From: Bacteroidales bacterium | GTDB lineage: Bacteria; Bacteroidota; Bacteroidia; Bacteroidales; CG2-30-32-10 | Direction: 5' to 3' | Assembly: GCA_050013795.1 (NCBI GenBank) | Contig: JBEKEO010000001.1 | Span: forward strand, 1 to 58,670 | DNA length: 58,670 nt | Part shown: piece by piece, positions 1 to 9,535 of the stretch | How the letters are laid out: each line of letters opens with the position of its first letter | How positions within the stretch are numbered: the stretch's first letter is position 1 | Notes under the pieces: generated by a model | Database searches by the model: none | Seen by the model: only the letters and a program-made list of their open reading frames with translations | What the model was told of the DNA's origin: nothing | Translations under genes and position numbers: made by a program

Positions 1-48
1 TCCTTATGTAATTTTAAAAATAACTTATTATTTCACTTTTATTTTTTG

Positions 49-56
49 TAAGTTTG
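49..56 (+). promoter_or_regulatory. Bacteroidetes-type -7 promoter box (TAAGTTTG; consensus TAnnTTTG)
   Basis: Exact match to TAnnTTTG, 64 nt upstream of the ATG at 120. Confidence 0.4.
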
Positions 57-119
57 TTTCTTAAATATGAACGAATCCCTTTTTCCTATAAATATTAAAA
101 ACTGCTAAACTTTATTCAA

Positions 120-2696
120 ATGAAAAGAATTACTTTCTTTATCCTGTTAACCTTGTGTATTACTTCTTCGGTTTACGCTCAGCCATGGCTGGATTTTCAA
201 TATCTTGGGAAAGAGAAATCACAGGCAAATTTCTTCGACATACAAAAAGCCTTTTATAAATATTGGGGTGATAAATCTTATGAAAATCCAAAAGATAAGG
301 CTCATGAAAGTGAAGTTGGCGGTTATACTCAGTTCAAGCGCTGGGAATACTTTATGAAACCGCTTGCATATCCTGATGGTAAACTGCCTCAGCCATTAAA
401 GTACTGGAATGAATACCAAAAATTTATTGCAAACGAAAGCAAAGAGAAAAGAGATGTTCTATTAACAAACAGCTGGACGCCTTTGGGAATGACGGACTGG
501 ATAAACGGAAATAGCGGCTATAGCCCGGGAAATGGAAGGATAAATGCAATAGCAGTCGACCCAAATAATGCAAATGTTATTTACGCGGGTTCTCCTTCAG
601 GTGGTGTATGGAAATCAAATAACGGAGGAGCAACATGGAATACAACTTTCGACTATATGCCCAGGATTGGCGTTTCAACAATAGTTATTGATAAAAATAA
701 TTCAAATATTGTGTATATCGGAACAGGTGACAGAGATGCCGGAGATTGCGCCGGTATTGGCATACTGAAGTCGATTGATGCAGGTTCTTCCTGGAATATG
801 ACAGGAATGGATAACACTTCGAATGGTAATGTTGTTTGCAGGATGCTTATAAACCCAATGAATTCAAATAGTATTATTGCTGCTTGTTCTGACGGAATGT
901 ATAAGTCAAATAATGCAGCTACTACCTGGACTAAATGGTCAGGAAGCAGTTCTCAGTTTTATGATGTGGAATATAAACCAGGCGATACAACAATTGTTTA
1001 TGCAACAACTTCAGACTCTTTTTATAAATCTGTAAATGGAGGAAAAACATTTACAAAAATCACATCGACCTTACCTTCAGGCAGCACCAGGTATGAGATT
1101 GCTGTTGCTCCTTCAAATTCAAATTATGTTTATTTGGTTGCTTCTAATGGTAGTTATACGTTTGGAGGACTTTACAGGTCAACTGATAGCGGTGCAAGTT
1201 TCGCAGTTCAATCAACAACTCCTAACATTTTTGATTATGCCACTGATGGGAGCGGTACTAGCGGTCAGGGATGGTATGACCTTTGTATAGTCGTTTCTCC
1301 AACCAATGCTGAAGAAATATATGTCGGCTCCATTAATCAATGGAAATCTACGGATGGGGGAGTTAACTGGACAAATCTTACCAACTGGACTTATCCTCCG
1401 TCAACCCCCGGACAATACACACACTGTGATGAGCATGAATTAATATATCCGGCAGGAGGAACTAAAATTTACACAGGAACCGATGGAGGAATATATTATT
1501 CAACCAATGGAGGCGTAGCATGGACAAATATTTCGGCAGGTTTGGGAATTACGCAATGTTACAAACTAGGAGGCACGGAATCAGATGCAAATCTGATAGT
1601 AGCGGGCGCACAGGATAACGGGGTGATAAAATATTCCGGAAGTTCCACCTGGATTCAGTTATATGGAGCCGATGGTTTTGAATCGGCAATTGATTTTACA
1701 GATAAAACGATTATTTATAGTGAAGTTTACAATGGATCCATGCTGAAATCAACGGATGGAGGGAATAACTGGGCTACAGATGTTCAACCTTCCGGTCAGT
1801 CCGGTGCCTGGTGCACTCCCTTCATCATCCATCCAACAAATCATAATTTGTTGTACATGGGGTTTAATGATGTTTATAAAACATCAGACGGAACTTCAAG
1901 TTGGACAGCAATATCAAGTGGTTTATGCAGCAGCAGCCTGTCAACCCTGGAATCGGCACCTTCGGATTCCAACTATATTTATGCCGCATACAATTCGGAT
2001 TTATATGTTACTAAAAATAGCGGTACAAATTGGGCAACAAAAACTCCAAATTCTTCCATGTATATAACAGGAATTGTAGTTGATGAAACTAACCCGGCGA
2101 AATTATGGATATGCGGTACAGGTACAAGTACCAGCAAGGTATATTATTCAAAAGATGCCGGCAATAGCTGGACCGACATTACAAGTAACCTGACAAATCT
2201 TGGATTCAATTGTATCATACACCAAACAAATGCAAACGATGGTTTATATTTAGGAACAGAGGTGGGAGTTTTTTATAAGGATACTACAATGGTTAATTGG
2301 ATTTCTTATAATTCCAATCTTCCGAATGTCAGAGTTACCGATTTTGAAATAAATTATTCTGCCGGTATGATCCGGGCTGCCACATACGGAAGAAGTGTAT
2401 GGGAATCGCAATTATACACCACAGTGAATATAAAAGAAAATGAGCTGAATAATTCTTTATCGGTTTATCCAGTTCCTGCTAAAGATAAATTTAATGTATT
2501 ATTGAGTTTGAAGGCAGAAAAGAATATCCACTTAGCATTGTTTGATGTTACCGGTAGATTGATAAAATCAGTTGATCTGGGGAAATTGAAAAACGTTAGT
2601 TACTCAATTGATATTTCAACTCTTGTTGAGGGGACTTATTTTATAAAGGTCGAAGCGGGGAATTCATATATTATTAAAAAAGTCTCGAAGATTTAA
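120..2696 (+). CDS. Secreted BNR/Asp-box repeat beta-propeller protein with T9SS C-terminal sorting domain
   Basis: Signal peptide MKRITFFILLTLCITSSVYA. Many Asp-box motifs are present (SNNGGATW, SIDAGSSW, STDGGVNW, STNGGVAW, STDGGNNW, SKDAGNSW). The last ~80 aa (LSVYPVPAKDKFNV...GTYFIKVE...) look like a type-A T9SS tail. Confidence 0.8.
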   Translation: MKRITFFILLTLCITSSVYAQPWLDFQYLGKEKSQANFFDIQKAFYKYWGDKSYENPKDKAHESEVGGYTQFKRWEYFMKPLAYPDGKLPQPLKYWNEYQKFIANESKEKRDVLLTNSWTPLGMTDWINGNSGYSPGNGRINAIAVDPNNANVIYAGSPSGGVWKSNNGGATWNTTFDYMPRIGVSTIVIDKNNSNIVYIGTGDRDAGDCAGIGILKSIDAGSSWNMTGMDNTSNGNVVCRMLINPMNSNSIIAACSDGMYKSNNAATTWTKWSGSSSQFYDVEYKPGDTTIVYATTSDSFYKSVNGGKTFTKITSTLPSGSTRYEIAVAPSNSNYVYLVASNGSYTFGGLYRSTDSGASFAVQSTTPNIFDYATDGSGTSGQGWYDLCIVVSPTNAEEIYVGSINQWKSTDGGVNWTNLTNWTYPPSTPGQYTHCDEHELIYPAGGTKIYTGTDGGIYYSTNGGVAWTNISAGLGITQCYKLGGTESDANLIVAGAQDNGVIKYSGSSTWIQLYGADGFESAIDFTDKTIIYSEVYNGSMLKSTDGGNNWATDVQPSGQSGAWCTPFIIHPTNHNLLYMGFNDVYKTSDGTSSWTAISSGLCSSSLSTLESAPSDSNYIYAAYNSDLYVTKNSGTNWATKTPNSSMYITGIVVDETNPAKLWICGTGTSTSKVYYSKDAGNSWTDITSNLTNLGFNCIIHQTNANDGLYLGTEVGVFYKDTTMVNWISYNSNLPNVRVTDFEINYSAGMIRAATYGRSVWESQLYTTVNIKENELNNSLSVYPVPAKDKFNVLLSLKAEKNIHLALFDVTGRLIKSVDLGKLKNVSYSIDISTLVEGTYFIKVEAGNSYIIKKVSKI

Positions 2697-2763
2697 AAGC
2701 TCAGAGAGTATATTAAAATTCTGCTTTTTTCTAAAATCATCATTTTCAAGGCGGCAAAATTAT

Positions 2764-2771
2764 TATCTTTG
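2764..2771 (+). promoter_or_regulatory. -7 promoter box TATCTTTG
   Basis: Exact TAnnTTTG match. It overlaps the TTG at 2769 used by the ORF track, which argues the real start is the ATG at 2796. Confidence 0.45.
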
Positions 2772-2795
2772 CCACTCAAATTTAAAATTAACACT

Positions 2796-4223
2796 ATGGA
2801 AAATACTTTAGTTGAAAATGCGGTGAAATTCAAAGTAGCCGATATTAAGCTTGCTGATTGGGGCAGGAAAGAAATTGAAATAGCCGAGAAGGAAATGCCC
2901 GGTTTAATGTCCTTAAGAGAAAAATACGGGAAACAAAAGCCTTTGAAAGGCGTTCGTATCTCTGGCTCTCTTCACATGACCATCCAGACAGCCGTACTTA
3001 TTGAAACATTGAAAGAGCTTGGCGCTGATGTCAGGTGGGCAAGCTGCAATATTTTCTCTACGCAGGATCATGCTGCTGCTGCTATTGCAAAAAAAGGGAT
3101 TCCTGTATTTGCATGGAAAGGCGAAAGTCTAGAAGAATACTGGTGGTGCACAAAGCAGGCATTATCTTTTCCAAATGGCAAAGGTCCGCAAATGATAGTT
3201 GATGATGGTGGAGATGCTACCTTGCTTATTCATAAAGGATACCAGGCAGAAAAGGATGCAAACGTTTTAAATGTAAAACCTTCGAGCCATGAAGAAAAAG
3301 TCATTCTTCAAGTATTAAAGGACACATTGAAAGAAGATAATAAAAAATGGCACAGAACAGTTGAGGAATGGCAGGGTGTTTCAGAAGAAACTACTACCGG
3401 CGTTCATCGCTTGTATCAAATGATGGAAAAAGGCGAATTGCTTGTTCCCGCCATTAATGTGAATGATTCAGTTACCAAATCAAAATTTGATAACCTTTAC
3501 GGATGTCGCGAATCGCTGGCTGACGGTATTAAACGTGCTACCGATGTGATGATCGCAGGAAAAGTGGTTGTTGTCTTAGGTTACGGTGATGTTGGCAAAG
3601 GTTGTGCTAAATCAATGAAATCATATGGGGCAAGGGTTATAGTTACGGAAATAGATCCTATCTGTGCATTGCAGGCAGCAATGGAAGGATTTGAAGTTGC
3701 ACCCGTTGAAGATACATTAAACGAAGGAAATATCTATGTTACTACAACAGGGAACAAGGATGTTATCACTATTGAGCACATGTCAAAGATGAAAGACCAG
3801 GCTATTGTTTGTAACATTGGTCATTTCGATAACGAAATACAGGTTGATAAATTGGAGAAATTCCCCGGTATTAAAAAGACCACCATTAAACCTCAGGTTG
3901 ATAAGTATGCTTTCCCAGACGGTCATGAATTGTTCCTTCTTGCAGAAGGCCGGCTTGTAAACCTTGGCTGTGCTACAGGACATCCTTCATTTGTTATGAG
4001 CAATTCGTTCACAAACCAGACGCTTGCACAACTTGATCTGTGGAAGAATAGAGGGAAATACGAGAAGAAAGTGTATCGTTTACCAAAGTACCTTGACGAA
4101 GAAGTTGCCCGTTTGCATCTTGAAAAGATAGGCGTGAAACTCACCAAGCTTACTAAAGAACAAGCTGAGTATATCAGCGTTCCTGTTGAAGGACCATATA
4201 AAGCCGATCATTACAGGTATTAA
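2796..4223 (+). CDS. ahcY: Adenosylhomocysteinase (S-adenosyl-L-homocysteine hydrolase)
   Basis: Typical N-terminus [29 protein letters not shown]-binding [10 protein letters not shown] and GHFDNEI motifs are present, and the protein ends KADHYRY. Confidence 0.95.
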   Translation: MENTLVENAVKFKVADIKLADWGRKEIEIAEKEMPGLMSLREKYGKQKPLKGVRISGSLHMTIQTAVLIETLKELGADVRWASCNIFSTQDHAAAAIAKKGIPVFAWKGESLEEYWWCTKQALSFPNGKGPQMIVDDGGDATLLIHKGYQAEKDANVLNVKPSSHEEKVILQVLKDTLKEDNKKWHRTVEEWQGVSEETTTGVHRLYQMMEKGELLVPAINVNDSVTKSKFDNLYGCRESLADGIKRATDVMIAGKVVVVLGYGDVGKGCAKSMKSYGARVIVTEIDPICALQAAMEGFEVAPVEDTLNEGNIYVTTTGNKDVITIEHMSKMKDQAIVCNIGHFDNEIQVDKLEKFPGIKKTTIKPQVDKYAFPDGHELFLLAEGRLVNLGCATGHPSFVMSNSFTNQTLAQLDLWKNRGKYEKKVYRLPKYLDEEVARLHLEKIGVKLTKLTKEQAEYISVPVEGPYKADHYRY

Positions 4224-4247
4224 ACAGATTTCGTTTATTAATGAATA

Positions 4248-4280
4248 AATCCCTTGCTATTTTGCAGGGGATTTCTATTT
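4248..4280 (+). terminator. Rho-independent terminator after ahcY
   Basis: Hairpin aaatcccttgc/gcaggggattt followed by a T-rich tract. Confidence 0.55.
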
Positions 4281-4318
4281 CCTAAAAAATCTTAATAGTA
4301 AAAAATTGAGTGCTTCAA

Positions 4319-4759
4319 TTAATTGGAAACATGCAGCGTAGCGCCATCATAAGAAGTAGTATACTGTTTTAACCCAACTGTTGCCGGGCCTTTTACTATA
4401 GAACCATCATACATCAGGAACTGTGAACCGCAACACGAATCAATGGCTATAACTCCAGATTTCTCAACTTGCACCAATGCACATGTATTTGAAGGCTGGT
4501 AAGGGCAATCTCTTTCATACGCCATAAACTGGTCCTGTGATTGGCGATAAAGAATTATTCCACGTACACCTCCGGTTACATAAACCCATCCTCCTGTTAC
4601 AACAAGATTATTATATTGTGTTGAATTTGGGTTAATATAAAAGTTAACGTAAGCATAAGGTATTGCACTGTTTTTATCTTTTTTACATTGAGGTGATAAT
4701 AATAGAATAAATGTGAAGAAAATAATATAAGCGCTTATTTTAATAACAGAGGTTTTCAT
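4319..4759 (-). CDS. Lipoprotein with degenerate Rieske-like fold (metal ligands replaced)
   Basis: Lipobox LLLSPQC. The layout ...AYERDCPYQ...AIDSCCGSQF...GPA... mirrors Rieske CxH...CxxH spacing but lacks the His ligands. Confidence 0.55.
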   Translation of the reverse strand: MKTSVIKISAYIIFFTFILLLSPQCKKDKNSAIPYAYVNFYINPNSTQYNNLVVTGGWVYVTGGVRGIILYRQSQDQFMAYERDCPYQPSNTCALVQVEKSGVIAIDSCCGSQFLMYDGSIVKGPATVGLKQYTTSYDGATLHVSN

Positions 4760-4777
4760 AAGTCATTAATGATAGTA

Positions 4778-4785
4778 CAAAATTA
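4778..4785 (-). promoter_or_regulatory. -7 promoter box (TAATTTTG on the minus strand)
   Basis: Exact TAnnTTTG match, 19 nt upstream of the start codon at 4759. Confidence 0.45.
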
Positions 4786-4878
4786 TAAAAAAATCACGCA
4801 TATAACGTAAGAATCAGGATAATATTGTTAACGGATTCAGGTATGTGGTTCGGTTGTTCAAGGTTTAAGGTTTAAAGT

Positions 4879-5454
4879 TCAAAGTTTACTTATAGTTTGC
4901 CCATTCATCATATAAAAACGAACAAACCCAACCGATTTACTATAATATATCTTCCATGGAACTTTTAGTTTTTCCCCATGTGAATCAATATTAGTAGAAT
5001 CAATCTGAGCCAAATAAACATCATTATATGTAGTGCCATTTACAGTAACAATTTGTGTAGGTGGATTTATGAAAAAAGTATAATCAGATTTACCAAAAAA
5101 TTGTATAAATGGATATGAAGATGAACCTTGGCCTGCATTAATCCAAAACTGAGATTCATTCAAATTAGAAAATGTAAAGTTAACCTGTGCACTTCCTGAT
5201 TGCTCATTACATGGGTCTGAACAAGCGGAATAGCCCCAAGCAGTACCTTCAGCATATAATGTATCAAGAATATTAGTTGAATCATTCTTGAAAATTACCT
5301 TTTGTCCTTTTGTATAAATCAAAAATGCCAATTGGTCATTTGTGAGATAACAACCGCTACACTCGTCTTTCTTACATGATAAATGAAATACCAGCCAGCA
5401 TGATAAAAGCGCAAGCAAACCAAGTGATGTAATGGTAAGTGTGGTTTTTTTCAT
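4879..5454 (-). CDS. Hypothetical lipoprotein
   Basis: Long ORF with signal/lipobox MKKTTLTITSLGLLALLSC. I recognise no family. Confidence 0.6.
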   Translation of the reverse strand: MKKTTLTITSLGLLALLSCWLVFHLSCKKDECSGCYLTNDQLAFLIYTKGQKVIFKNDSTNILDTLYAEGTAWGYSACSDPCNEQSGSAQVNFTFSNLNESQFWINAGQGSSSYPFIQFFGKSDYTFFINPPTQIVTVNGTTYNDVYLAQIDSTNIDSHGEKLKVPWKIYYSKSVGFVRFYMMNGQTISKL

Positions 5455-5566
5455 TGCATTAAAATTTCTTTCCGCTAAATTAAGCCTTTTTTATCAAATT
5501 AAGAAAAATCTCTTTTCTAAATAGCTGCCTGACACAGTTTATGGAATAGAACCTATTTACACATTC

Positions 5567-5839
5567 ACTGCAGTGTTTTCCACAAAGACTGCAGTGTTTA
5601 GCGCAAAGACTGTAATGTTTTCCGCAAAGACTGCAGTGTTTTCCACAAAGACTGTAGTGTTTTCCACAAAGACTGCAGTGTTTAGCACAAAGACTGTAGT
5701 GTTTTCCACAAAGACTGCAGTGTTTTCCGCAAAGACTGCAGTGTTTTCCACAAAGACTGCAGTGTTTTCCACAAAGACTGCAGTGTTTTCCGCAAAGACT
5801 GTAGTGTTTCCCACAAAGATTGCAGTGTTTTCCGCAATA
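5567..5839. repeat. Tandem array of 13 x 21 bp (unit ACTGCAGTGTTTTCCACAAAG)
   Basis: I counted units at 5567, 5588, 5609 ... 5819 with an exact 21-bp phase. Each unit contains the 8-bp palindrome ACTGCAGT. The array sits between divergent genes. Confidence 0.95.
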
Positions 5840-5922
5840 ACAGAGAATAATCTCTTCTTTAATATAATTAAATTAAATATTAATTAAATTAAAATATATT
5901 TGCATAATATTAAATTATGCAT

Positions 5923-5930
5923 TAATTTTG
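5923..5930 (+). promoter_or_regulatory. -7 promoter box TAATTTTG
   Basis: Exact TAnnTTTG match, 21 nt upstream of the ATG at 5951. Confidence 0.5.
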
Positions 5931-5950
5931 CGCAATAAATCTTTAATATT

Positions 5951-6247
5951 ATGACAAAAACATTCCCTTTAAATTGTCCAAGCTGCAATGCAGGGCTTAA
6001 GGTAAAAAGTCTTCAATGCAGCAATTGCGGAACAAGCGTGGATGGCCTGTTCGACCTTCCGCCGCTTGCAAGCCTTAGCGCCACCGACCAGCTTTTTGTG
6101 CTCAACTTTATTAAATACAGCGGAAGCATAAAAGAAATGGCAAAACACCTCAACCTGAGCTATCCCACAGTAAGGAATATGCTCGACGATATTATTGAAA
6201 GAGTGAAAGCAATCGAGATGTTATACAATAAACCCGAAGAAAAATGA
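5951..6247 (+). CDS. DUF2089-like zinc-ribbon plus HTH protein
   Basis: CPSC...CSNCG zinc ribbon followed by an HTH-like segment IKEMAKHLNLSYPTVRNMLDDI. This is the characteristic DUF2089 layout. Confidence 0.7.
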   Translation: MTKTFPLNCPSCNAGLKVKSLQCSNCGTSVDGLFDLPPLASLSATDQLFVLNFIKYSGSIKEMAKHLNLSYPTVRNMLDDIIERVKAIEMLYNKPEEK

Positions 6248-6828
6248 AAAAGTACATCTTTAACCCTTTTACCCGGATAGCAGGAATAAAAGCATTTCTG
6301 CTGGGCGTTTTGGCAGTTGTAATAACGGCTGTAATATGCTTTTTCAGCCATGCACATTTCGATGGAGCCATTGATTCGCATTTTGGTGCAGAGGCAAATA
6401 TGATGCAATATTTTAAAGAAGGCTTTGTCGACCTTGCCAGCATTATCATTGTATTTTACCTGCTCGGGTTGATAATTGCCGGTAGCCGTTTCCGCTTCAT
6501 CGATATGGCAGGCACAATGGCATTTGCCCGTATCCCGCTAATCCTTACCCCCCTGTTTGCATTGATTTTACCTCATGAAAGGTTTATAAATTATATGCTT
6601 TATACTTTCTTAAAACAAGGAGCGCCTGTAACTGTAAACACCATGGATATTATTGGGTTTGTAATCACAACGCTAATTGCAATTTTAATGGTCATCTGGA
6701 TGATAGCCCTTATGTGGAACGCCTTCATTATCTGCATGAACAGCAAAAAACCTAAAATTATTGTAGCATTTATAGTAGGTTTATTACTTGCAGAAGTTAT
6801 ATCGAAAATAACGCTTATATATTTATAA
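6244..6828 (+). CDS. Integral membrane protein (4-5 TM helices), translationally coupled to the DUF2089 gene
   Basis: ATGA start/stop overlap with the upstream gene, and several hydrophobic helices. Confidence 0.65.
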   Translation: MKKYIFNPFTRIAGIKAFLLGVLAVVITAVICFFSHAHFDGAIDSHFGAEANMMQYFKEGFVDLASIIIVFYLLGLIIAGSRFRFIDMAGTMAFARIPLILTPLFALILPHERFINYMLYTFLKQGAPVTVNTMDIIGFVITTLIAILMVIWMIALMWNAFIICMNSKKPKIIVAFIVGLLLAEVISKITLIYL

Positions 6829-6863
6829 TATTGTAACTTAAATATAGTTCTTTTTAAAATTTT

Positions 6864-6940
6864 CTTTGTGACCCTTTGAGATTCTTGGTGAAACTTTGTG
6901 TATAGCTATTTCACAAAGTTGCTCAAAGTTACTCAAAGTT
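6864..6940. repeat. Inverted repeat plus short CAAAGTT decamer repeats
   Basis: aactttgtg (6892-6900) pairs with cacaaagtt (6912-6920). CAAAGTT then recurs at 10-bp spacing (cacaaagttgctcaaagttactcaaagttg). Confidence 0.6.
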
Positions 6941-7006
6941 GAAAATATGAATAACTGTACCAAATTAAAAATACCGAATCTTTAAATCAGTTTCAATTCA
7001 AGCCAC

Positions 7007-8410
7007 ATGAAAAAAATAATAATCATTTTAGTCTGCCTGTTTAGCATGAATGTATTTAGTCAGCAGGCAAAAACATCCTTAAATCAAAAGATAATCGGTT
7101 ACTGGCAGGGAACGCTTTCTGCCGGCAATCAGGAATTCCATCTTACATTCAATATTCAGAAGAACGAGAAGGATTCTCTTACAGCTAAATTAAGCGTTAA
7201 AGAACAAGGCGTGAAAGACCTTCCGATGGACAGAACATGGTTAAAAGATAGCGCTTTAACTATGATATGCAAAGTAGCAGGAATAAGATACGAAGCTGTT
7301 TTTATTCCCGACAGCATGAAAATTAGAGGAGTTTGGAAGCAAGGAAAAGGTAAATATCCTCTTGATCTGAAGCGTAATGATACCATGAAGGTTGTAAAGC
7401 ATCCACAGGAACCATTGAGGCCATTCCCATACAACGAAGAAGAAGTAACCTATGAAAGCACCGGCGGCACAAAGCTTGCAGGGACGCTGACCTATCCTTC
7501 TACCGGAAGTAATTTCCCTGCCATTGTATTGGTTGTCGGCTCCGGCCCTCATAACAGGGATGAAGAAATATTGGGGCATAAACCTTTTCTTGTTATTTCC
7601 GATTATCTTACCCGTCATGGAATTGCTGTGCTTAGGTATGATAAACGTGGTACGGCATCTTCAACCGGCGATTATGCCAATGCCACTACCAGAGATTTTG
7701 CCGATGATGCCATGGCAGGAGTGAAATATTTACAGAAAAACAAATTAATTAATCCTAAAAAGATCGGAGTAATTGGTCATAGCGAAGGAGGAATTATTGC
7801 TCCTATGCTTGCCGCTGAAAGCGATGCTATTGCATTTATTGTAATGCTAGCCGGACCCGGTGTAAGCGGAGATAAGATATTAGAGCTTCAAAGTGAACTT
7901 ATTGGCAGGGCCGAAAAAGTAAATGAAGATACATTGAAAATGAACCTTGAAGTTAATAAAAAGATTTATGCAATAGTTGAGAAAGTGAAGGATAACAAAA
8001 AGGCTGGTGAGAAAATAAGGAAAACTATTGTTGCTTCTTTGCCCGATAGCCTGAAAAATGACATGAAAACATCAGTTGATATAAGCCGGCAAATTGCATC
8101 AATTACAAGTCCATGGATGCGATATTTCTTAACATACGACCCTCAGAAAAGCTTAAAGAAAGTTAAATGCCCTGTATTGGCATTAATAGGAGAAAAGGAT
8201 TTGCAGGTTCCGGCAACCCAAAATATTCCTGCAATAGAAAAAGCTTTTAAAGAATCTGGCAATAAAGATTATACAATTAAAGAATTGCATAATCTCAACC
8301 ATTTATTCCAGCATTGCAAAACGGGTTCCCCTGAAGAATATGCCGATATTGAAGAAACTTTTTCGCTAGAAACCCTTGAACTGGTATGTAATTGGATATT
8401 GAAACATTGA
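7007..8410 (+). CDS. Secreted alpha/beta hydrolase (S9/dienelactone-hydrolase-like)
   Basis: Signal peptide and nucleophile elbow GHSEGG, with an alpha/beta-fold layout and a C-terminal His region (NHLFQH). Confidence 0.75.
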   Translation: MKKIIIILVCLFSMNVFSQQAKTSLNQKIIGYWQGTLSAGNQEFHLTFNIQKNEKDSLTAKLSVKEQGVKDLPMDRTWLKDSALTMICKVAGIRYEAVFIPDSMKIRGVWKQGKGKYPLDLKRNDTMKVVKHPQEPLRPFPYNEEEVTYESTGGTKLAGTLTYPSTGSNFPAIVLVVGSGPHNRDEEILGHKPFLVISDYLTRHGIAVLRYDKRGTASSTGDYANATTRDFADDAMAGVKYLQKNKLINPKKIGVIGHSEGGIIAPMLAAESDAIAFIVMLAGPGVSGDKILELQSELIGRAEKVNEDTLKMNLEVNKKIYAIVEKVKDNKKAGEKIRKTIVASLPDSLKNDMKTSVDISRQIASITSPWMRYFLTYDPQKSLKKVKCPVLALIGEKDLQVPATQNIPAIEKAFKESGNKDYTIKELHNLNHLFQHCKTGSPEEYADIEETFSLETLELVCNWILKH

Positions 8411-8516
8411 TTATTGATTAAGTGCATTTTGATGTCTATAGAATTTACATTGTGTCAAAATTGTAAATTAACTATTTTTTTACAAAATAAATATTTGTTC
8501 TTACATACTAAAAGAT

Positions 8517-8524
8517 TATTTTTG
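8517..8524 (+). promoter_or_regulatory. -7 promoter box TATTTTTG
   Basis: Exact TAnnTTTG match upstream of the DUF6089/uppS/bamA block. Confidence 0.4.
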
Positions 8525-8599
8525 CGGTTTAATACACAATAATTAATATTGTTAATTAATTATAATCTTTTTTCGATTTTTTCTTCCGGTAAGAATAAT

Positions 8600-9526
8600 A
8601 TGAGAAAAAAACACATAATTCTTTTGTTTCTGGTAATTGCTTTTTTTCAAAATATTAGCGATGCCCAAACTTTTTGGAAAAGAAATCGCAAGGAATATTC
8701 TTTTGGAGCTGGTGCAACTAATTTTCTTGGCGATTTGGGTGGTGCAAACCAAATAGGAACGCACGGAATAAAAGATTTTAATTGGCCTGCTGTGCGTCCT
8801 GATTTTGCTGTAGGATACAGATACCGGACAACAAGACAAACTGCCTTAAAAACCGAACTTATTTATGCAAGACTGGCAGGAGATGATAAATATACAGAGG
8901 AACCCTTTCGGCATAACAGAAATTGTAATTTTAGATCTCCTGTTATAGAACTTTCAGAGCAGTTTCAATATTGTTTGGTTCGCGAAAGGCCTCATCATAT
9001 ATATAATTTAAAGGGAGTTCGCGGATGGAGATATATTCAAATGACTTCTTACCTGTTTGCTGGTGCAAGTGTTATGTATTTTAACCCTCACGGAGAATGG
9101 AATGGGCAGTGGTATGCATTAAGGCCATTGTGCACTGAAGGAGAAGGGCTTGTCCCGACAAGAAGGAAATATTCATTAATTCAACCGGTGATACCCCTCG
9201 GAATCGGATTTAAATTTGCTTTAAATGATAAATGGTCGGTTGGTATAGAATATGGCATCAGAATAACATTTACTGATTATATTGATGATGTAAGCAAAAC
9301 ATATTTTGATCCAAATCTGTTGAATCAGGAAAAAGGCCCAGTAGCTGTACATTTTGCTAATCCTACAAATCACTCCTTACCACCCCAAGATGGCAATCCT
9401 GTAAATGTTACTTATCCCGGACAGGAAAGAGGAGACCCAACACATAAAGATTCATATATGTTAGCAATTATTTCTTTTTATTATAAAATACCGAAGGGTA
9501 CTTTTACGTTACCTAAGTATAGATAA
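8600..9526 (+). CDS. DUF6089-like outer-membrane beta-barrel protein
   Basis: The signal peptide starts at MRKKHIILLFLVIAFF, whereas the ORF-track start at 8549 is a TTG. It is a paralogue of the next gene (shared G..NF.GDLGG, YARLAGDD, FNPHGEWNGQWYALRPL.TEG). Confidence 0.75.
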   Translation: MRKKHIILLFLVIAFFQNISDAQTFWKRNRKEYSFGAGATNFLGDLGGANQIGTHGIKDFNWPAVRPDFAVGYRYRTTRQTALKTELIYARLAGDDKYTEEPFRHNRNCNFRSPVIELSEQFQYCLVRERPHHIYNLKGVRGWRYIQMTSYLFAGASVMYFNPHGEWNGQWYALRPLCTEGEGLVPTRRKYSLIQPVIPLGIGFKFALNDKWSVGIEYGIRITFTDYIDDVSKTYFDPNLLNQEKGPVAVHFANPTNHSLPPQDGNPVNVTYPGQERGDPTHKDSYMLAIISFYYKIPKGTFTLPKYR

Positions 9527-9535
9527 TCTAATTTG

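Noticed and set aside
2769-2795. 5' extensions with TTG starts in the ORF track for ahcY, and likewise at 8549, 28425, 55940 and 58413.
   Set aside because: At 2769, 28425, 55940 and 58413 an exact TAnnTTTG promoter box overlaps the extension or lies inside it. At 8549 the box lies 25 nt upstream, and the downstream ATG at 8600 is preferred because it starts the signal peptide. In each case the downstream ATG gives a canonical N-terminus or signal peptide.
4830-4880. Short AAGGTTT/AAAGTT-type repeats (caaggtttaaggtttaaagttcaaagttta) downstream of the 4879-5454 gene.
   Set aside because: The stretch is very short, low-complexity and AT-rich. It could be part of a terminator region, and there is not enough structure to call a feature.
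5567-5839. Possibility that the 21-bp arrays (also at 17264, 35281 and 50330) are CRISPR arrays.
   Set aside because: The units are directly abutting with no unique spacers. The period of 21 bp is shorter than any CRISPR repeat-plus-spacer unit, and no cas genes are in the window.
5557-5887. ORFs of 85 aa (minus strand) and 104 aa (plus strand) that span the 21-bp array and encode TAVFSTK/ENTAVFV heptad repeats.
   Set aside because: A 21-bp (7-codon) repeat without stop codons leaves several frames open by construction. Both strands are open, and no promoter or start context separates either ORF from the repeat. I treat them as artefacts of the array. The same applies to 17153-17353, 35172-35543 and 50298-50546.
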